NCBI GenBank assembly: GCA_963753345.1
Contig: CAVWBU010000019.1
Span: 86,645-150,644, forward strand
Direction: 5' to 3'
DNA from: an uncultured Fibrobacterota bacterium
Lineage (GTDB): Bacteria; Fibrobacterota; Chitinivibrionia; Chitinivibrionales; FEN-1185
Length of the DNA stretch: 64,000 nt
The notes under the pieces are model-generated. The model saw nothing but the letters and a program-made list of their open reading frames with translations, had not been told where the DNA came from and made no database searches. The position numbers were made by a program, and so were the translations under genes. Shown in pieces: positions 36,478 through 46,469 of the stretch (the first letter of the stretch is position 1; each line of letters begins with the position of its first letter).

Positions 36478-36789
36478 TCAGACAAACTCGCTCAGCACCT
36501 GCTTGAGCTGCACAAGCGGCATGGCGCCGGCAATGCGGTGTGCTTCCGACCCTTTCAAAAAGAGAATGAGCGTGGGAATCGCGGTGATGTTGAACTGCTG
36601 GGCGAGAAGCGGTTTCCGCTCCGTATCGATCTTTATCACGGTTACTCTATCTTTCCATTCCTTTGCCAGCTCCTGAAGGATGGGGGCCATCATCTTGCAC
36701 GGGCCGCACCATTCGGCCCAGAAATCCGCGAGAATCGGCTTGTCGTGCGTGCGGATGAATTCGTCGAGGCTTTGGGGCATAGTGTTCAT
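36478..36789 (-). CDS. trxA: thioredoxin
   Basis: WAEWCGPCKMMAP active site. The start at 36789 is preceded by AAGGGAGA. Confidence 0.85.
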   Translation of the reverse strand: MNTMPQSLDEFIRTHDKPILADFWAEWCGPCKMMAPILQELAKEWKDRVTVIKIDTERKPLLAQQFNITAIPTLILFLKGSEAHRIAGAMPLVQLKQVLSEFV

Positions 36790-36992
36790 GTGAAGAGGTC
36801 TCCCTTGGATGAAAAACCGAAATTCCCTCATCCTTATTTGAAAATAAAATAGGAATTTGGCCCACGCCTGTCAAACAATACCCCCTTCCTTTGTTTCAGA
36901 GGCAACCACCTCCTCCATATCATATATTTTGCTTTGATCATGTCGATATTGTCCTTGTTGTGCGATCGGATTTTCCCATTTCAAGGGGTTCC

Positions 36993-38045
36993 ATGGCGAA
37001 AGTGATATCCGTCGGCCTCGTCGGCTACGGCATTGCCGGTCGCGTATTTCATGCGCCGCTTATTTCATCCGTTCACGGCCTGCGCCTTGTCTCGGTGGTG
37101 GAGCGCCATGGCGAGACTTCGCGCGATCGATACCCGGACGTTGCAGTTGTCAAGGACGCTTTCGAGCTCTTCCGTGATGAAGGCATTGAGCTTGTGGTGA
37201 TTGCCACGCCCAACACCGCACATTACGAGCTTGCCCGCGCCGCGCTGCTTGCAGGGAAGCACGTTGTGGTGGATAAACCGTTTACGGTATTGTCAAGCGA
37301 GGCCCGGGAGCTAATAGAATTTGCCAAGAACCAACAAAGAATCCTGAGCGTGTTCCAGAACAGGCGGTGGGACGGCGATTTTCTCACCGTCTCCGAAATC
37401 GTCCGCGCACAACGCCTGGGCCGTCTGGCTGAGTTTGCGTCGAGTTTCGACCGCTTTCGGCCCGGGCTCAAGCCGGGCGCGTGGCGCGAGCAGCCCGGTC
37501 CGGGTGCGGGATTGCTGTACGACCTCGGACCGCATCTCATTGACCAGGCGCTCGTGCTGTTCGGCATGCCGAAGTCGCTGCGCGCCGACATCAGGATAGA
37601 ACGCGACAACAGCACGACCGATGACCGGTTCGAGGTCGTGCTGAAGTACGAAACGCTCGCGGTGACGCTCGGGGCAGGCATGCTGGCGCGCGAGCCGCGG
37701 CCCCGGTTTATGCTCCGCGGCACGCGGGGCTCGTTTGTCAAGAACGGCCTTGACCCCCAGGAAGATGCACTGCGGCGGGGCGGGACGCCGCACGACAGGG
37801 GCTGGGGCGTGGAGGAGCCGGCGCGATGGGGAACAATTGATACGAGCGACGGCCCGAAGGGGCGGCGGGAGACAGTGGCAACGCTGCCAGGGCAATACCA
37901 GTCGTTCTACGAAAATGTTTATGATGCGATTGTCAACGGCGCGGCGCTGGTCGTGACGCCGGAACAGGCACGGGACGTTGTACGGATCATAGAACTCGCG
38001 ATGGAGAGCAGCCGGGAGGGAAGAACGGTGGAGGTGCCCGCATGA
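36993..38045 (+). CDS. Gfo/Idh/MocA family oxidoreductase
   Basis: Start at the ATG at 36993. Rossmann N-terminus ISVGLVGYGIAGRVFHAPLI, then EKPF-like VVVDKPF. Confidence 0.85.
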   Translation: MAKVISVGLVGYGIAGRVFHAPLISSVHGLRLVSVVERHGETSRDRYPDVAVVKDAFELFRDEGIELVVIATPNTAHYELARAALLAGKHVVVDKPFTVLSSEARELIEFAKNQQRILSVFQNRRWDGDFLTVSEIVRAQRLGRLAEFASSFDRFRPGLKPGAWREQPGPGAGLLYDLGPHLIDQALVLFGMPKSLRADIRIERDNSTTDDRFEVVLKYETLAVTLGAGMLAREPRPRFMLRGTRGSFVKNGLDPQEDALRRGGTPHDRGWGVEEPARWGTIDTSDGPKGRRETVATLPGQYQSFYENVYDAIVNGAALVVTPEQARDVVRIIELAMESSREGRTVEVPA

Positions 38046-39026
38046 AGGTGTTGAACCGCGTTTTTCCCGTTGCCCTCCTGCTCCTCGCGACCGCCGCATC
38101 GGCAGGCCCGCTTGCCGGATTCCCTTCCGGTACAGGGGCATTTTTCCCAGAACGGCCAGCCCGTGTCCCGATTCAAGGTCGAGCGGTTTCTCCTCGCACA
38201 TGATTCCAGCGCCGACTTGCCGACCGTTCGCTGGGGTACAAATGGAGCGGCCATGCCGTGGGCGCGCTGCTGTGGTGCGTCGACATAGGCATTGCGGCGT
38301 ACGAGATCAAGGGAATCTATGACGCCATAAAGAACGAAAGCATTCTCGACACCAACGGGATACGGCAGCCGTACTCCAACAGTCTTTACAAATTCACCAT
38401 ACCGCTCACCATAGGGACCGAGGTTGCGTCGTTCATCCAGGAGCGGTTGTACGTCCGCTCGGACTATCTTCTTCACAAGGCGGCGCTTGCGTTCAACGAG
38501 TCTGTTGCAAGAAAAGCTTCGCCGGGCTCGTTGTTTGACCTTCGTATTGACAAATCGGGATTCGGCTCGTACCGGCAGGGCGGCCTCACGTTCGGCGATC
38601 CGGTGCTCGACGGCATTCTCCTGGGAGCAGCCGGCATCAGCGGCGCGCGCCGCCTGGTCGTGGGTGCTCAAGGAAACCGGCATCCAGGTCGGCTCTTGGG
38701 GCGGGATGTATGTCGGACTTGCCCTGTTTTCGTACCTTGAGGAAATGCAGGGCGACACGACCCTTGCCATCGACAAAAGGGCGCGGGCTGCGAACCTGAC
38801 CATCGGCGTGAGCCTCATTGCGGGCAGCATTGTCTGCGCGATTGTTTCGTCGGTGATAAGAAACAAGGGGATCGAGAAGTACAACGAGGCGATGGCAATG
38901 CGGCCCGCGGCCGCGGTGCAGTCGTCGCCGCCGCAGAAGGCAGTGCCTCTACCGGATTCTTCCGGATCAGGCATTTCGGAGTTGCCGAAGAAGACGTTGA
39001 CCGATACCGCTTCGTCAGGAAAATAG
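38042..39026 (+). pseudogene. disrupted exported/membrane protein of unknown function
   Basis: The ATG at 38042 overlaps the upstream stop (ATGA) and gives signal peptide MKVLNRVFPVALLLLATAASAG. Protein-like sequence alternates between frame 2 and frame 0: FSQNGQPVSRFKVERFLLAHDSS (frame 0), GALLWCVDIGIAAYEIKGIYDAIKNES...LGAAGISGA (frame 2), AAWSWVLKETGIQVGSWGGMYVGLALFSYLEEMQ...IAGSIVCAIVSSVIRNKG (frame 0). Frame 2 has a TGA near 38199. Confidence 0.5.
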
Positions 39027-39058
39027 ATGACGAAGTGCGTTCACCTGCAGGTTGCTTC

Positions 39059-40216
39059 CTAGCCGCTTGCGCCGTGCTCCAGGTCTGCAATAATATCCTC
39101 CATAGCCTCCAGTCCCACCGAAAGCCTCAGCAGCAGGTCGGTAATCCCGAGTTCCGCGCGCACCTGCGCAGGCATTGCGGCATGCGACATGCGCGCCGGA
39201 TAGGAGAGGATGCTCTCCACGCCGCCCAGGCTCACGGCGACCGATAGCATGCGCACCGAGGAAAGGAGCCGGTTCAGGCGCTCCTGCGAATCGAGGGTGA
39301 AGGAGACAACGCAGCCGAAACCGGAGGCTTGACGCATAAGAACGTCGCGTCCCGGATGGCCCGCAAGTCCCGGGTAGAAGACGCGGGTGACCCACGGCTG
39401 CCGTTCGAGCCATTCTGCCACCTTGACCGCCGTTTCCTGCTGGCATTTCATCCGCGGCGCAAGGGTTTTGATGCCGCGCAGCAGCAGCCATGAGTTTTCC
39501 GGGCTCAGCACGGCGCCGCAGGTGTTCTGGACAAATCGGACCGCCGGTGCGTGCTCGCCGGTTCGCGTAACCACTGCGCCGGCGATGAGATCGCTGTGCC
39601 CCCCAAGGAATTTTGTCCCGCTGTGGATGCTGATGTCCATACCGTGTTCGAAGGGCCTCAGAAAGTACGGGGAGAGAAAGGTGTTGTCGATCATGGTTAT
39701 GATGCCGCGCTCTTTTGCTATTTTGGCGTGGGCCGCGAGGTCGGTGATCTTGAGCAGGGGGTTGGACGGACTTTCCAGAAACAGCACGCGGGTGCCGGGC
39801 CGTATCGCTGCAACAGTGTTCTTGGGATCGGTTGTGTCGGCAAAGGTGCAGGTCACGCCGAATTTCGGCAGAAATTCGCTCAGGAAGCGGTAGCTCCCGC
39901 CGTAGAGGTCGCGCGTTGCGACGACATGATCGCCAGCCTTGACAAATGCGGTAACCGCCGCATGGATGGCCGCCATGCCCGAGGCGAACGCGAAGCCCGC
40001 GGCGCCGCCTTCGAGCGCCGCCAGGGTCTGTTCCAGCGCCTTGCGCGTGGGGTTGCCCGAGCGTCCGTAGTCGAACTCCTGCCGCTTCGAGACGTCTTTC
40101 TGGCGGTACGTTGACGCAGGGTAAATCGGCATGCTCAGCGCGCCTGTGGCCTCGTCGAAGGCGCCTGCGGCGTGCAAAATGGACGAGTCGTAGTGCAGCA
40201 ATTCTTCATTGTTCAT
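39059..40216 (-). CDS. Cys/Met-metabolism PLP enzyme (cystathionine beta-lyase / gamma-synthase family)
   Basis: 385 aa. YGRSGNPTRKALEQTLAALEGG, PLP-Lys region HSGTKFLGGHSD. Confidence 0.85.
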   Translation of the reverse strand: MNNEELLHYDSSILHAAGAFDEATGALSMPIYPASTYRQKDVSKRQEFDYGRSGNPTRKALEQTLAALEGGAAGFAFASGMAAIHAAVTAFVKAGDHVVATRDLYGGSYRFLSEFLPKFGVTCTFADTTDPKNTVAAIRPGTRVLFLESPSNPLLKITDLAAHAKIAKERGIITMIDNTFLSPYFLRPFEHGMDISIHSGTKFLGGHSDLIAGAVVTRTGEHAPAVRFVQNTCGAVLSPENSWLLLRGIKTLAPRMKCQQETAVKVAEWLERQPWVTRVFYPGLAGHPGRDVLMRQASGFGCVVSFTLDSQERLNRLLSSVRMLSVAVSLGGVESILSYPARMSHAAMPAQVRAELGITDLLLRLSVGLEAMEDIIADLEHGASG

Positions 40217-40273
40217 GGGGTCACTCCGATTGTGATATTTGTCAACAGGCGGGATGTTTTTTCCCTATACAAT

Positions 40274-40576
40274 CTACGGCACCAGTCCGGCAAGTCCCCG
40301 TGACGCGGTATAGGCCGTGCCGATTCCGCTCAGGTGAATCGCGACTCGAATTGCCTCAACGATTTCCTGCTTTGTTGCGCCTGCCGCCAGCGCCGCGCCC
40401 GCAAGAGCCGTGACTCCCTGGTCTGCTCCGTGCGCGGCATCGAATGCCATGGCAATGATGAGCTTGATCTTCCTCGGCAATGCGCCGTCGGCATACACAA
40501 AAGCGTCGGACAGCTTCAGATGATTCTGCAGGTCTGGATCGAGTTTGAAAAGCGGAGCGAGGGGATGGTCGGCCAT
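40274..40576 (-). CDS. carboxymuconolactone decarboxylase (AhpD-like) family protein
   Basis: 100 aa. LPRKIKLIIAMAFDAAHGADQGVTALAGAALAAGATKQEIVEAIRVA. Confidence 0.7.
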   Translation of the reverse strand: MADHPLAPLFKLDPDLQNHLKLSDAFVYADGALPRKIKLIIAMAFDAAHGADQGVTALAGAALAAGATKQEIVEAIRVAIHLSGIGTAYTASRGLAGLVP

Positions 40577-40757
40577 GGAATTGCTCCTGAGGAATAAAGG
40601 ACTGAGTATATTTACTGTACCCTCGTCGAGGTTTATACAAAATACATTGTTATTTCATGCCGAGGCTTTTCTCCGGGCCACTGCATGCTGTGGTGCAGCA
40701 TCGCGGAGGCGCTGTGGCGGCCTCTGCGGTCGTTGCTTTTCAAAAAGAGGATTTTTC

Positions 40758-41564
40758 TTGGCTCAGAATCCGATATTTCATCGGCTCGAGCTCATCACCG
40801 GTTCGGACGGGCTCAAGGCACTTGCAAAGACAAGGGTGATTGTGTTCGGCATCGGCGGGGTGGGGAGCTGGGCCGCGGAAGCACTGGTCCGGTCCGGGGT
40901 GGGCGCGATAATGCTGGTCGACCCGGACGTCGTAGGCCGCACCAACATCAACCGCCAGCTGCAGGCCACCACGGCGAGCGTGGGAAGACCCAAGGTCCTT
41001 GAGCTTGCCGAGCGGATGCGGCTCATCAACCCGTCTGCGACCATCATTCCTTTACAGAAGACATTTACGAGGACAACCGGGGGCGAGTTTGATCTGGGGA
41101 GCTTCGGCTACGTCATCGACGCCATCGACAGCCTCAGCAACAAGGTGGACCTCATCATTGCCTCATGCAAAGCAGGCGCCAGAGTGTTCTCGGCGCTGGG
41201 CGCGTCCAACAAGCTCGATCCGCTTCAGATCCGCGTGGACTCGCTGTGGAACTCGCAAGGCTGTCCGCTGGGCAGGTACATCCGCAAGCTCCTCAGGAGA
41301 AAAGGGTTTGCCGGTGACGTCACCTGCGTTTACAGTGAAGAAAACCTTCCCCTGCAGTCCGTGGGAGACGCAAGCGGCGAACACGGTTGCCCGTCTGTCA
41401 AGGCCGAAACGGGCGCGGCTGCGCCCCCGTTCGAACGGCGCAGCGGAAAGAAACAAATCAACGGGTCCGCGGTCCATGTGACGGGCACGTTCGGTTTTTG
41501 TCTTGCCGGCCTCGTGGTCCGGGACGTGCTCGGCGGCCTCCCGAGGCAGCCGGAAACAAGGTGA
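40758..41564 (+). CDS. tcdA: tRNA threonylcarbamoyladenosine dehydratase (ThiF/E1-like)
   Basis: TTG at 40758 preceded by AGAGGA. FHRLELITG...RVIVFGIGGVGSWAAEALVRSGVGAIMLVDPDVVGRTNINRQ. Confidence 0.75.
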   Translation: MAQNPIFHRLELITGSDGLKALAKTRVIVFGIGGVGSWAAEALVRSGVGAIMLVDPDVVGRTNINRQLQATTASVGRPKVLELAERMRLINPSATIIPLQKTFTRTTGGEFDLGSFGYVIDAIDSLSNKVDLIIASCKAGARVFSALGASNKLDPLQIRVDSLWNSQGCPLGRYIRKLLRRKGFAGDVTCVYSEENLPLQSVGDASGEHGCPSVKAETGAAAPPFERRSGKKQINGSAVHVTGTFGFCLAGLVVRDVLGGLPRQPETR

Positions 41565-41732
41565 AAACCTCCTGTCGCGCAAAGGGCTGCTCGTTTCTCA
41601 ATGCCAACCGACTATGATTGTTTTTTTCTCGCTTTGTTTTTTGCAGATTAGTATAATTATTATTCGTGCTTCGGCGCCGAGCCGTGTTCTTGCGGGGCCT
41701 GCGCAGGATGAAGAATCGCAACCGGAGAGGCT

Positions 41733-42572
41733 ATGCATATTCGCTGCTGGGGTTCCCGTGGATCGCTGCCGGTGAGCGGGAATCAATTTAACCGCTATGG
41801 CGGCGAAACTTCATGTCTCGAAATCCGCTCGAGGAAAGGCGACGTCATCGTGGTCGACGCGGGAACCGGGATCCGGGGTCTCGGCAACAAGCTTGTGCGC
41901 GCAAAGATTCCGCGGTTCCACATGGTCTTCACGCACACGCATCTCGACCATATCGTGGGCTTCCCGCTGTTTGCCCCCATGCACCAAAAAGGCACCGACA
42001 TCACCATCCACGGCCGCAGCTTTGATGCGCATTCGTTCCGGGAGACGCTGAGCGGCCTCATGCGTCCCCCGTATTTTCCCGTGGACCTCGGATCGGTTGC
42101 TTCAACCTTGCATTTTGAGGACATTGGGGACGAACCGTTTTCCATCGGCGGCGTTGCCATCCGTCCCATCCGCCTTTCGCATCCCAACGGCGGCCTTGGA
42201 TTCAGGTTCGAGGAAGGTGCTTCGAGCTTTGTGTTTCTCACCGACAACGAACTTGCGTTTTGTCATCCCGGCGGCCGCAAGCCCGGCGATTATGCCGAGT
42301 TTTCGCAGGGGGCCGACCTTCTCATCCATGATGCGGAATTCTCGACGCGGGACTATCCGCTGACCCGCTCTTTCGGGCATTCGCTGTTTTCCGACGCCGT
42401 GAGACTTGGCATGGAGGCCGGGGTCGGGCGGTTCGGGATGTTTCATCATAACCGCGAGCGCACCGACAGCCAGGTGGACGCGATGGTGGAGGCTTCGAGA
42501 ACGATCGTGAAGAAAAACAATGCCCGCATGAATTGTTTTGCGGTGGGGAATTCTTTTGATATCACCCTGTAG
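41733..42572 (+). CDS. MBL-fold metallo-hydrolase
   Basis: MHIRCWGSRGSLPVSG...YGGETSCLEI...VVDAGTG...FTHTHLDHIVGFP. Confidence 0.8.
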   Translation: MHIRCWGSRGSLPVSGNQFNRYGGETSCLEIRSRKGDVIVVDAGTGIRGLGNKLVRAKIPRFHMVFTHTHLDHIVGFPLFAPMHQKGTDITIHGRSFDAHSFRETLSGLMRPPYFPVDLGSVASTLHFEDIGDEPFSIGGVAIRPIRLSHPNGGLGFRFEEGASSFVFLTDNELAFCHPGGRKPGDYAEFSQGADLLIHDAEFSTRDYPLTRSFGHSLFSDAVRLGMEAGVGRFGMFHHNRERTDSQVDAMVEASRTIVKKNNARMNCFAVGNSFDITL

Positions 42573-42620
42573 CCGCGCGCGGCCCGGGACATGCCCACAG
42601 CACCAGAACAGGAGGACAGC

Positions 42621-43244
42621 GTGAGATTAATGTACACCTTCGGCGCCCTGCCGCTTGCAGCGGCGCTCCTTGCCGCTTCCTGCTCGCCCCCAATTCTGTA
42701 TTCGGCGGCGAGCATACCCGAGGTGAAACCCGTGGCAGGCAAGGCGCTGGTGGTGGTGGTGTGCCCGATGCCGAAGACCGAGGCAGCGTACAACGCCGAG
42801 AAGCTGAGCACCATTTTTGTTGACGGCGCATTCGGCGCCGTCACCGCCGACAACACCGTCGCGCAGTTCACGGTGGAGAGCGGTTCCCATTACGTGATGG
42901 CGCGCATTGACAACGTGGCAACAATCCGCCTCAACTTTCTGCCGGGAAAGGTGTACTACCTTGTCCAGAAGAACTCTTCGGTGCGGGTGACGGCGCCCAC
43001 GCCGGGAGCGGGCGCGCCGTCCGGCGGCCTCACGCGCGTGCAGACCTCGATCGCTGTTGCCGGCCCGGACGAGTTTGCGGCGGTCATGAAGACTCCGGGG
43101 ATCCGGTTTGTGAAGTATGCGCAATCGAAGCCGCCCGCGAATCTGGATCCCATGGCCAAGAAGGCGCACATGGCGGCATACGAGTTCTGGGCAAAGTCCA
43201 AGCCGGAGCTCGCCAAAGTGCTGGACGAATATCCGGGGTACTAG
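42621..43244 (+). CDS. lipoprotein, unknown function
   Basis: GTG at 42621, 5 nt after AGGAGG. (M)RLMYTFGALPLAAALLAASCS lipobox. Confidence 0.55.
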   Translation: MRLMYTFGALPLAAALLAASCSPPILYSAASIPEVKPVAGKALVVVVCPMPKTEAAYNAEKLSTIFVDGAFGAVTADNTVAQFTVESGSHYVMARIDNVATIRLNFLPGKVYYLVQKNSSVRVTAPTPGAGAPSGGLTRVQTSIAVAGPDEFAAVMKTPGIRFVKYAQSKPPANLDPMAKKAHMAAYEFWAKSKPELAKVLDEYPGY

Positions 43245-43281
43245 AGCGCGGGTCGGGCCGCGCAGTTGGGGGGGATGAATC

Positions 43282-43548
43282 ATGAACAGGAGAGACCTTG
43301 CGGCGGTTGTCGCAAAGGACACGGGCATCACAAAGTCGCTTGCGGACAAGGCGGTGGAATCGGTGCTTGCCGCGATCCGCAGGAATGCGAAACGCGGGGT
43401 CCAGCTTGTGGGCTTCGGGAGTTTCACGGCGGTAAAGAGACGGGCGCGCAATGGCCGCAATCCGCAGACCGGCGCGGCGTTCACCGTAAAGGCGTGCAAC
43501 GTGATCAAGTTCAGGCCGGGGACGGAATTTAAAAAGCTGGTAAACTAG
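43282..43548 (+). CDS. hup: HU family DNA-binding protein
   Basis: 88 aa. MNRRDLAAVVAKDTGITKSLADKAV...LVGFGSFTAVKRRARNGRNPQTG. Confidence 0.9.
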   Translation: MNRRDLAAVVAKDTGITKSLADKAVESVLAAIRRNAKRGVQLVGFGSFTAVKRRARNGRNPQTGAAFTVKACNVIKFRPGTEFKKLVN

Positions 43549-43565
43549 GCTAATAATATAAAGAG

Positions 43566-43730
43566 CTGGGCGTTACCTTCGCCTTCGTCAAGACTCAGGC
43601 TCAGGTCGGTCTCCCTCCGGGCTCGGCCGTTCGGCCTCGTTGCCGCCTGCCACAAGGGCCCTTCGGGCCGTGGTCAGGCGACAATGCGCTCTGGCGCACC
43701 CTCCGGTCCACCTAACGCAAAAGTCAAGGG
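43566..43730 (-). repeat. intergenic repeat family 1, reverse-orientation copy
   Basis: The reverse complement reads TTGACttttGCGTTAGGtGGACcGGAGGgtgcgccagagcgca...GACCACGGCCCGAAGGGCCCTTGTGGCAGGCGGC...GAGCCCGGAGGGAGACCGACC...GGTAACGCCCAG. Confidence 0.8.
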
Positions 43731-43842
43731 AATCATCTTCTCTAACTATTACTCCCCATGACATTGTTGGATGGGTTGTTGTATTTTAGGTCTGATTTCA
43801 CCAATGTTCTTCTGCACCCTAGATCAAATCGCTAGATTTCCA

Positions 43843-45996
43843 ATGAAGAAAATCATCATCATTTCAATCATTCTTACTGCTTTTTTCTTTGCAGCAGCAT
43901 CTGCCGAAAACGGCGATTCCGCAATCTTTCCCGTTCCCGACCTTCTCAAGGACAACGTCGCCTTTTGGAAGAAGGTGTACGGCGAGCTCTCCGTCAACGA
44001 AGGCGTGCTTCACGACAGGGAATACCCGATGGTCATTTACAAGAGACTCGACCTCGGGCAGCGCAGCGGGTTCGGCCAGGCAAGGTACATCGAAAGCGAG
44101 AGGCTCGCGCTTGCAAGGAAACTTGACGCCATCGGTGCCCAGCCCGAATCGACGTTTACGGATGAGGAAAAGGACATCGCGCAGGCGGTGTCGGAGCATG
44201 CGCCCGCGGGTGCGCTTGCCGGCGCCGGGGAACGGATACGGTTCCAGCAGGGACAGAAGGAACGGTTCAGGGAAGGCCTGCAGCGTTCAACGGCCTTTAT
44301 CGACACCATACGCGCGATTTTTGCCGCGCACGGGATTCCTCCCGATCTCGCGTACCTGCCGCACGTGGAATCGTCGTTCAACACCGAAGCCTATTCGAAA
44401 GTGGGCGCCGCGGGCCTGTGGCAGTTTATGCGCGGGACGGGAAGGCTTTTCCTTAAAATCAATTATCTCATCGACGAGCGGCGCGATCCCATCGCCGCGA
44501 CCGCCGCCGCGGCGCGGCTTCTTAGGCAGAACTACGACCAGCTGCAGTCGTGGCCGCTTGCTGTCACGGCGTACAACCATGGCGTCAACGGCATGAAGCG
44601 CGCCGTGGAGGTCGCGGGGTCGCGCGACATTGCCGTGGTCATTGCGCGCTACAGCAGCCCGTCATTCCAGTTTGCATCGAAGAATTTCTACGCCTGCTTT
44701 CTCGCGGCAAGCGACATAGCGAAACATCCGGAAGCCTTCTTCGTCGCTTTGCATTTTGCGCCCCGCTACGAGTTCCGCACCCTGGTGCTGCCGTCGTTCA
44801 TGAAACCTGCCGTGGTGTGCAGGTATCTCAACATTTCCCAGACGACGCTCATGGATTACAATCCCGCGCTGCGTCCCGTGGTGTTTTTCCAGCAGAAGGA
44901 GATTCCCTCAGGCTTTACAATAAGGATTCCTCCGGAACTGCGGCTGCCCGAGGCGGAAAAGGCGCTCGCCGCGGTGCCCGATTCGCTCAAGAGCGACGCG
45001 CCCGAGCGGCTGCAGTACTATAACGTCCAGAAGGGCGACAATCTCTATACCATCGCGGCGCGCATGGGCGTGCCCGTGGACCGGCTCGCGCTCGAAAACA
45101 GGATCACGCGCGGCGGCCGGATTTACGCAGGTCAGGTGCTGCGCGTGCCGTCGGCCGCGGAGGCGGTCGAGGTCGCCGCGGCGCAGCCCGACACCGTTGC
45201 GGCAGAGGCCCCGCAACAGGGGGCAATGGTCCCGCCGGCCGCCGAACCTGTGCCGCAACCGCTTGTCAAGAAGCCGTCACCACAGAAACCGTCCAGGCCT
45301 CAGGCGGCCGCGCGCGAGACGACAGCCGCGCCGCCCGCGCCTGCCCGCGAAGCCATTGCCGATTCGCTCCGGGATGCCGTGATGGCAAAGGCCGACACGC
45401 TGCCTGAGTTCGCGGCCGGGACACCGGTGGCGGCTCCCGCGTTCGACGTATCGGTATATACGCTGGAAACCACGCTTTCGCCGTCCGGCACCACCGCAGG
45501 AATTCGGGTGTCGGTCGACGAGACCATAGGCCATTACGCGGACTGGCTCGGAGTCCCCACGTACCGCATCCGCGCACTTAACCGCCTCGGCCCGCACTCC
45601 GAGATTCGGATTGGCAGCGCGCTTTCCATCCCTGTCGACGCCGACAAGCTTGCCCATTTTGTAAAGGCTCGGCTCGAATACCACATGGCGCTTGAGGAGG
45701 ATTTCTACGTGAGGTTCAAGGTCACCGATGTGCGGCAGAGGACCGTTCAGCGCGGCGAGGCGCTCTGGACAATATGCAGCGAGCCCGATCCAATCCCGCT
45801 CTGGCTGTTTGCAAAGTACAACAAGAACGCGGATCTTTCCACACTCATGCCCGGCATGCGCGTGCGCATCCCGGTCATCGAGGAAAAAACCGAGCGCGAC
45901 ATCGCCCTTGAATCCGGCCAGGCCATCGGCATCTACCCGCCGTTCGAGGAGCCGGCCGGCAGGGGATTGGGAAAGCAGATTCAGCGAGTACCATAA
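43843..45996 (+). CDS. lytic transglycosylase (MltD-like) with LysM domains
   Basis: The ATG at 43843 gives MKKIIIISIILTAFFFAAASA. SLT core LPHVESSFNTEAYSKVGAAGLWQFM. LysM YYNVQKGDNLYTIAARMGVPVDRLALEN...GQVLRVP. Ala/Pro-rich linker. Confidence 0.85.
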   Translation: MKKIIIISIILTAFFFAAASAENGDSAIFPVPDLLKDNVAFWKKVYGELSVNEGVLHDREYPMVIYKRLDLGQRSGFGQARYIESERLALARKLDAIGAQPESTFTDEEKDIAQAVSEHAPAGALAGAGERIRFQQGQKERFREGLQRSTAFIDTIRAIFAAHGIPPDLAYLPHVESSFNTEAYSKVGAAGLWQFMRGTGRLFLKINYLIDERRDPIAATAAAARLLRQNYDQLQSWPLAVTAYNHGVNGMKRAVEVAGSRDIAVVIARYSSPSFQFASKNFYACFLAASDIAKHPEAFFVALHFAPRYEFRTLVLPSFMKPAVVCRYLNISQTTLMDYNPALRPVVFFQQKEIPSGFTIRIPPELRLPEAEKALAAVPDSLKSDAPERLQYYNVQKGDNLYTIAARMGVPVDRLALENRITRGGRIYAGQVLRVPSAAEAVEVAAAQPDTVAAEAPQQGAMVPPAAEPVPQPLVKKPSPQKPSRPQAAARETTAAPPAPAREAIADSLRDAVMAKADTLPEFAAGTPVAAPAFDVSVYTLETTLSPSGTTAGIRVSVDETIGHYADWLGVPTYRIRALNRLGPHSEIRIGSALSIPVDADKLAHFVKARLEYHMALEEDFYVRFKVTDVRQRTVQRGEALWTICSEPDPIPLWLFAKYNKNADLSTLMPGMRVRIPVIEEKTERDIALESGQAIGIYPPFEEPAGRGLGKQIQRVP

Positions 45997-46019
45997 TCAA
46001 TTCTACATTAGCTAGGGCA

Positions 46020-46235
46020 TTTGGTGGGGGCACCGCTTCGCGTTTCCCCCTGGCCCCGAGCCTCCTCGCCCTCCGGGCTGCGGGGTCTCGGGGCACACCC
46101 CCTCCTGCGAAGGTGCGCGCCAATGTCACTCGCTTGACGCTCGCGAGTCGTCGCACCTTCGCAACGCATCCTCTGCGGAATACCCCCTCCGCCTTCGGCA
46201 CCTCCCCCTTGTTAAGGGGGAGATAAGAGAACTGT
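46020..46235 (+). repeat. family-2-like GC-rich repeat (diverged)
   Basis: ...CCCCGAGCCTCCTCGCCCTCCGGGCTGCGGGGTCTCGGGGCACACCCCCTCCTGCGAAGG... parallels CTCCGGCCTCCTCGGCCTTCGGCCTGCGGTGTCCTGCGCTACCCCCTCCAGGG at 50410-50470. Confidence 0.55.
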
Positions 46236-46280
46236 ATTTCCCACATTCGAGAAGGTTCTTTTCAAGTGCGGCAATCGATC

Positions 46281-46460
46281 CTCTGCCCGCGCGTTAGGCA
46301 GGACTGGAGGTCCCGCCATAGCGGGATGCCGCCCGGACGCGGCCCTGTGGGCCATAGCGCCGTGGCGGCCCGAGGCCGAAGGCCGAGACCGGAAGGACGG
46401 CCGACCCTTTGTAGAGACGCACGGCCGTGCGTCTCTACAAAGGGGAACGCCCAGATTCTC
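46281..46460 (+). repeat. intergenic repeat family 1 copy with a 38-nt perfect palindrome cassette
   Basis: ctctgcccGCGCGTTAGGCAGGACTGGAGG ... GGCGGCCCGAGGCCGAAGGCCGAGACCGGAAGGACGGCCGACC-[cctttgtagagacgcacgg/ccgtgcgtctctacaaagg, 46406-46443]-GGAACGCCCAGATTCT. Confidence 0.85.
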
Positions 46461-46469
46461 TATTTATAT

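Noticed and set aside
37919-38974. 351-aa minus-strand ORF covering the region I call a disrupted plus-strand gene.
   Set aside because: It has no RBS or signal features and an Arg/Ala-rich composition. The plus strand shows a coupled ATGA start, a signal peptide and a TM helix. Some uncertainty remains because the plus-strand gene needs frame changes.
42627-43508. 293-aa minus-strand ORF spanning the lipoprotein gene and HU.
   Set aside because: It runs antisense across two independent plus-strand genes, one of which (HU) is unmistakable. The composition is shadow-like.
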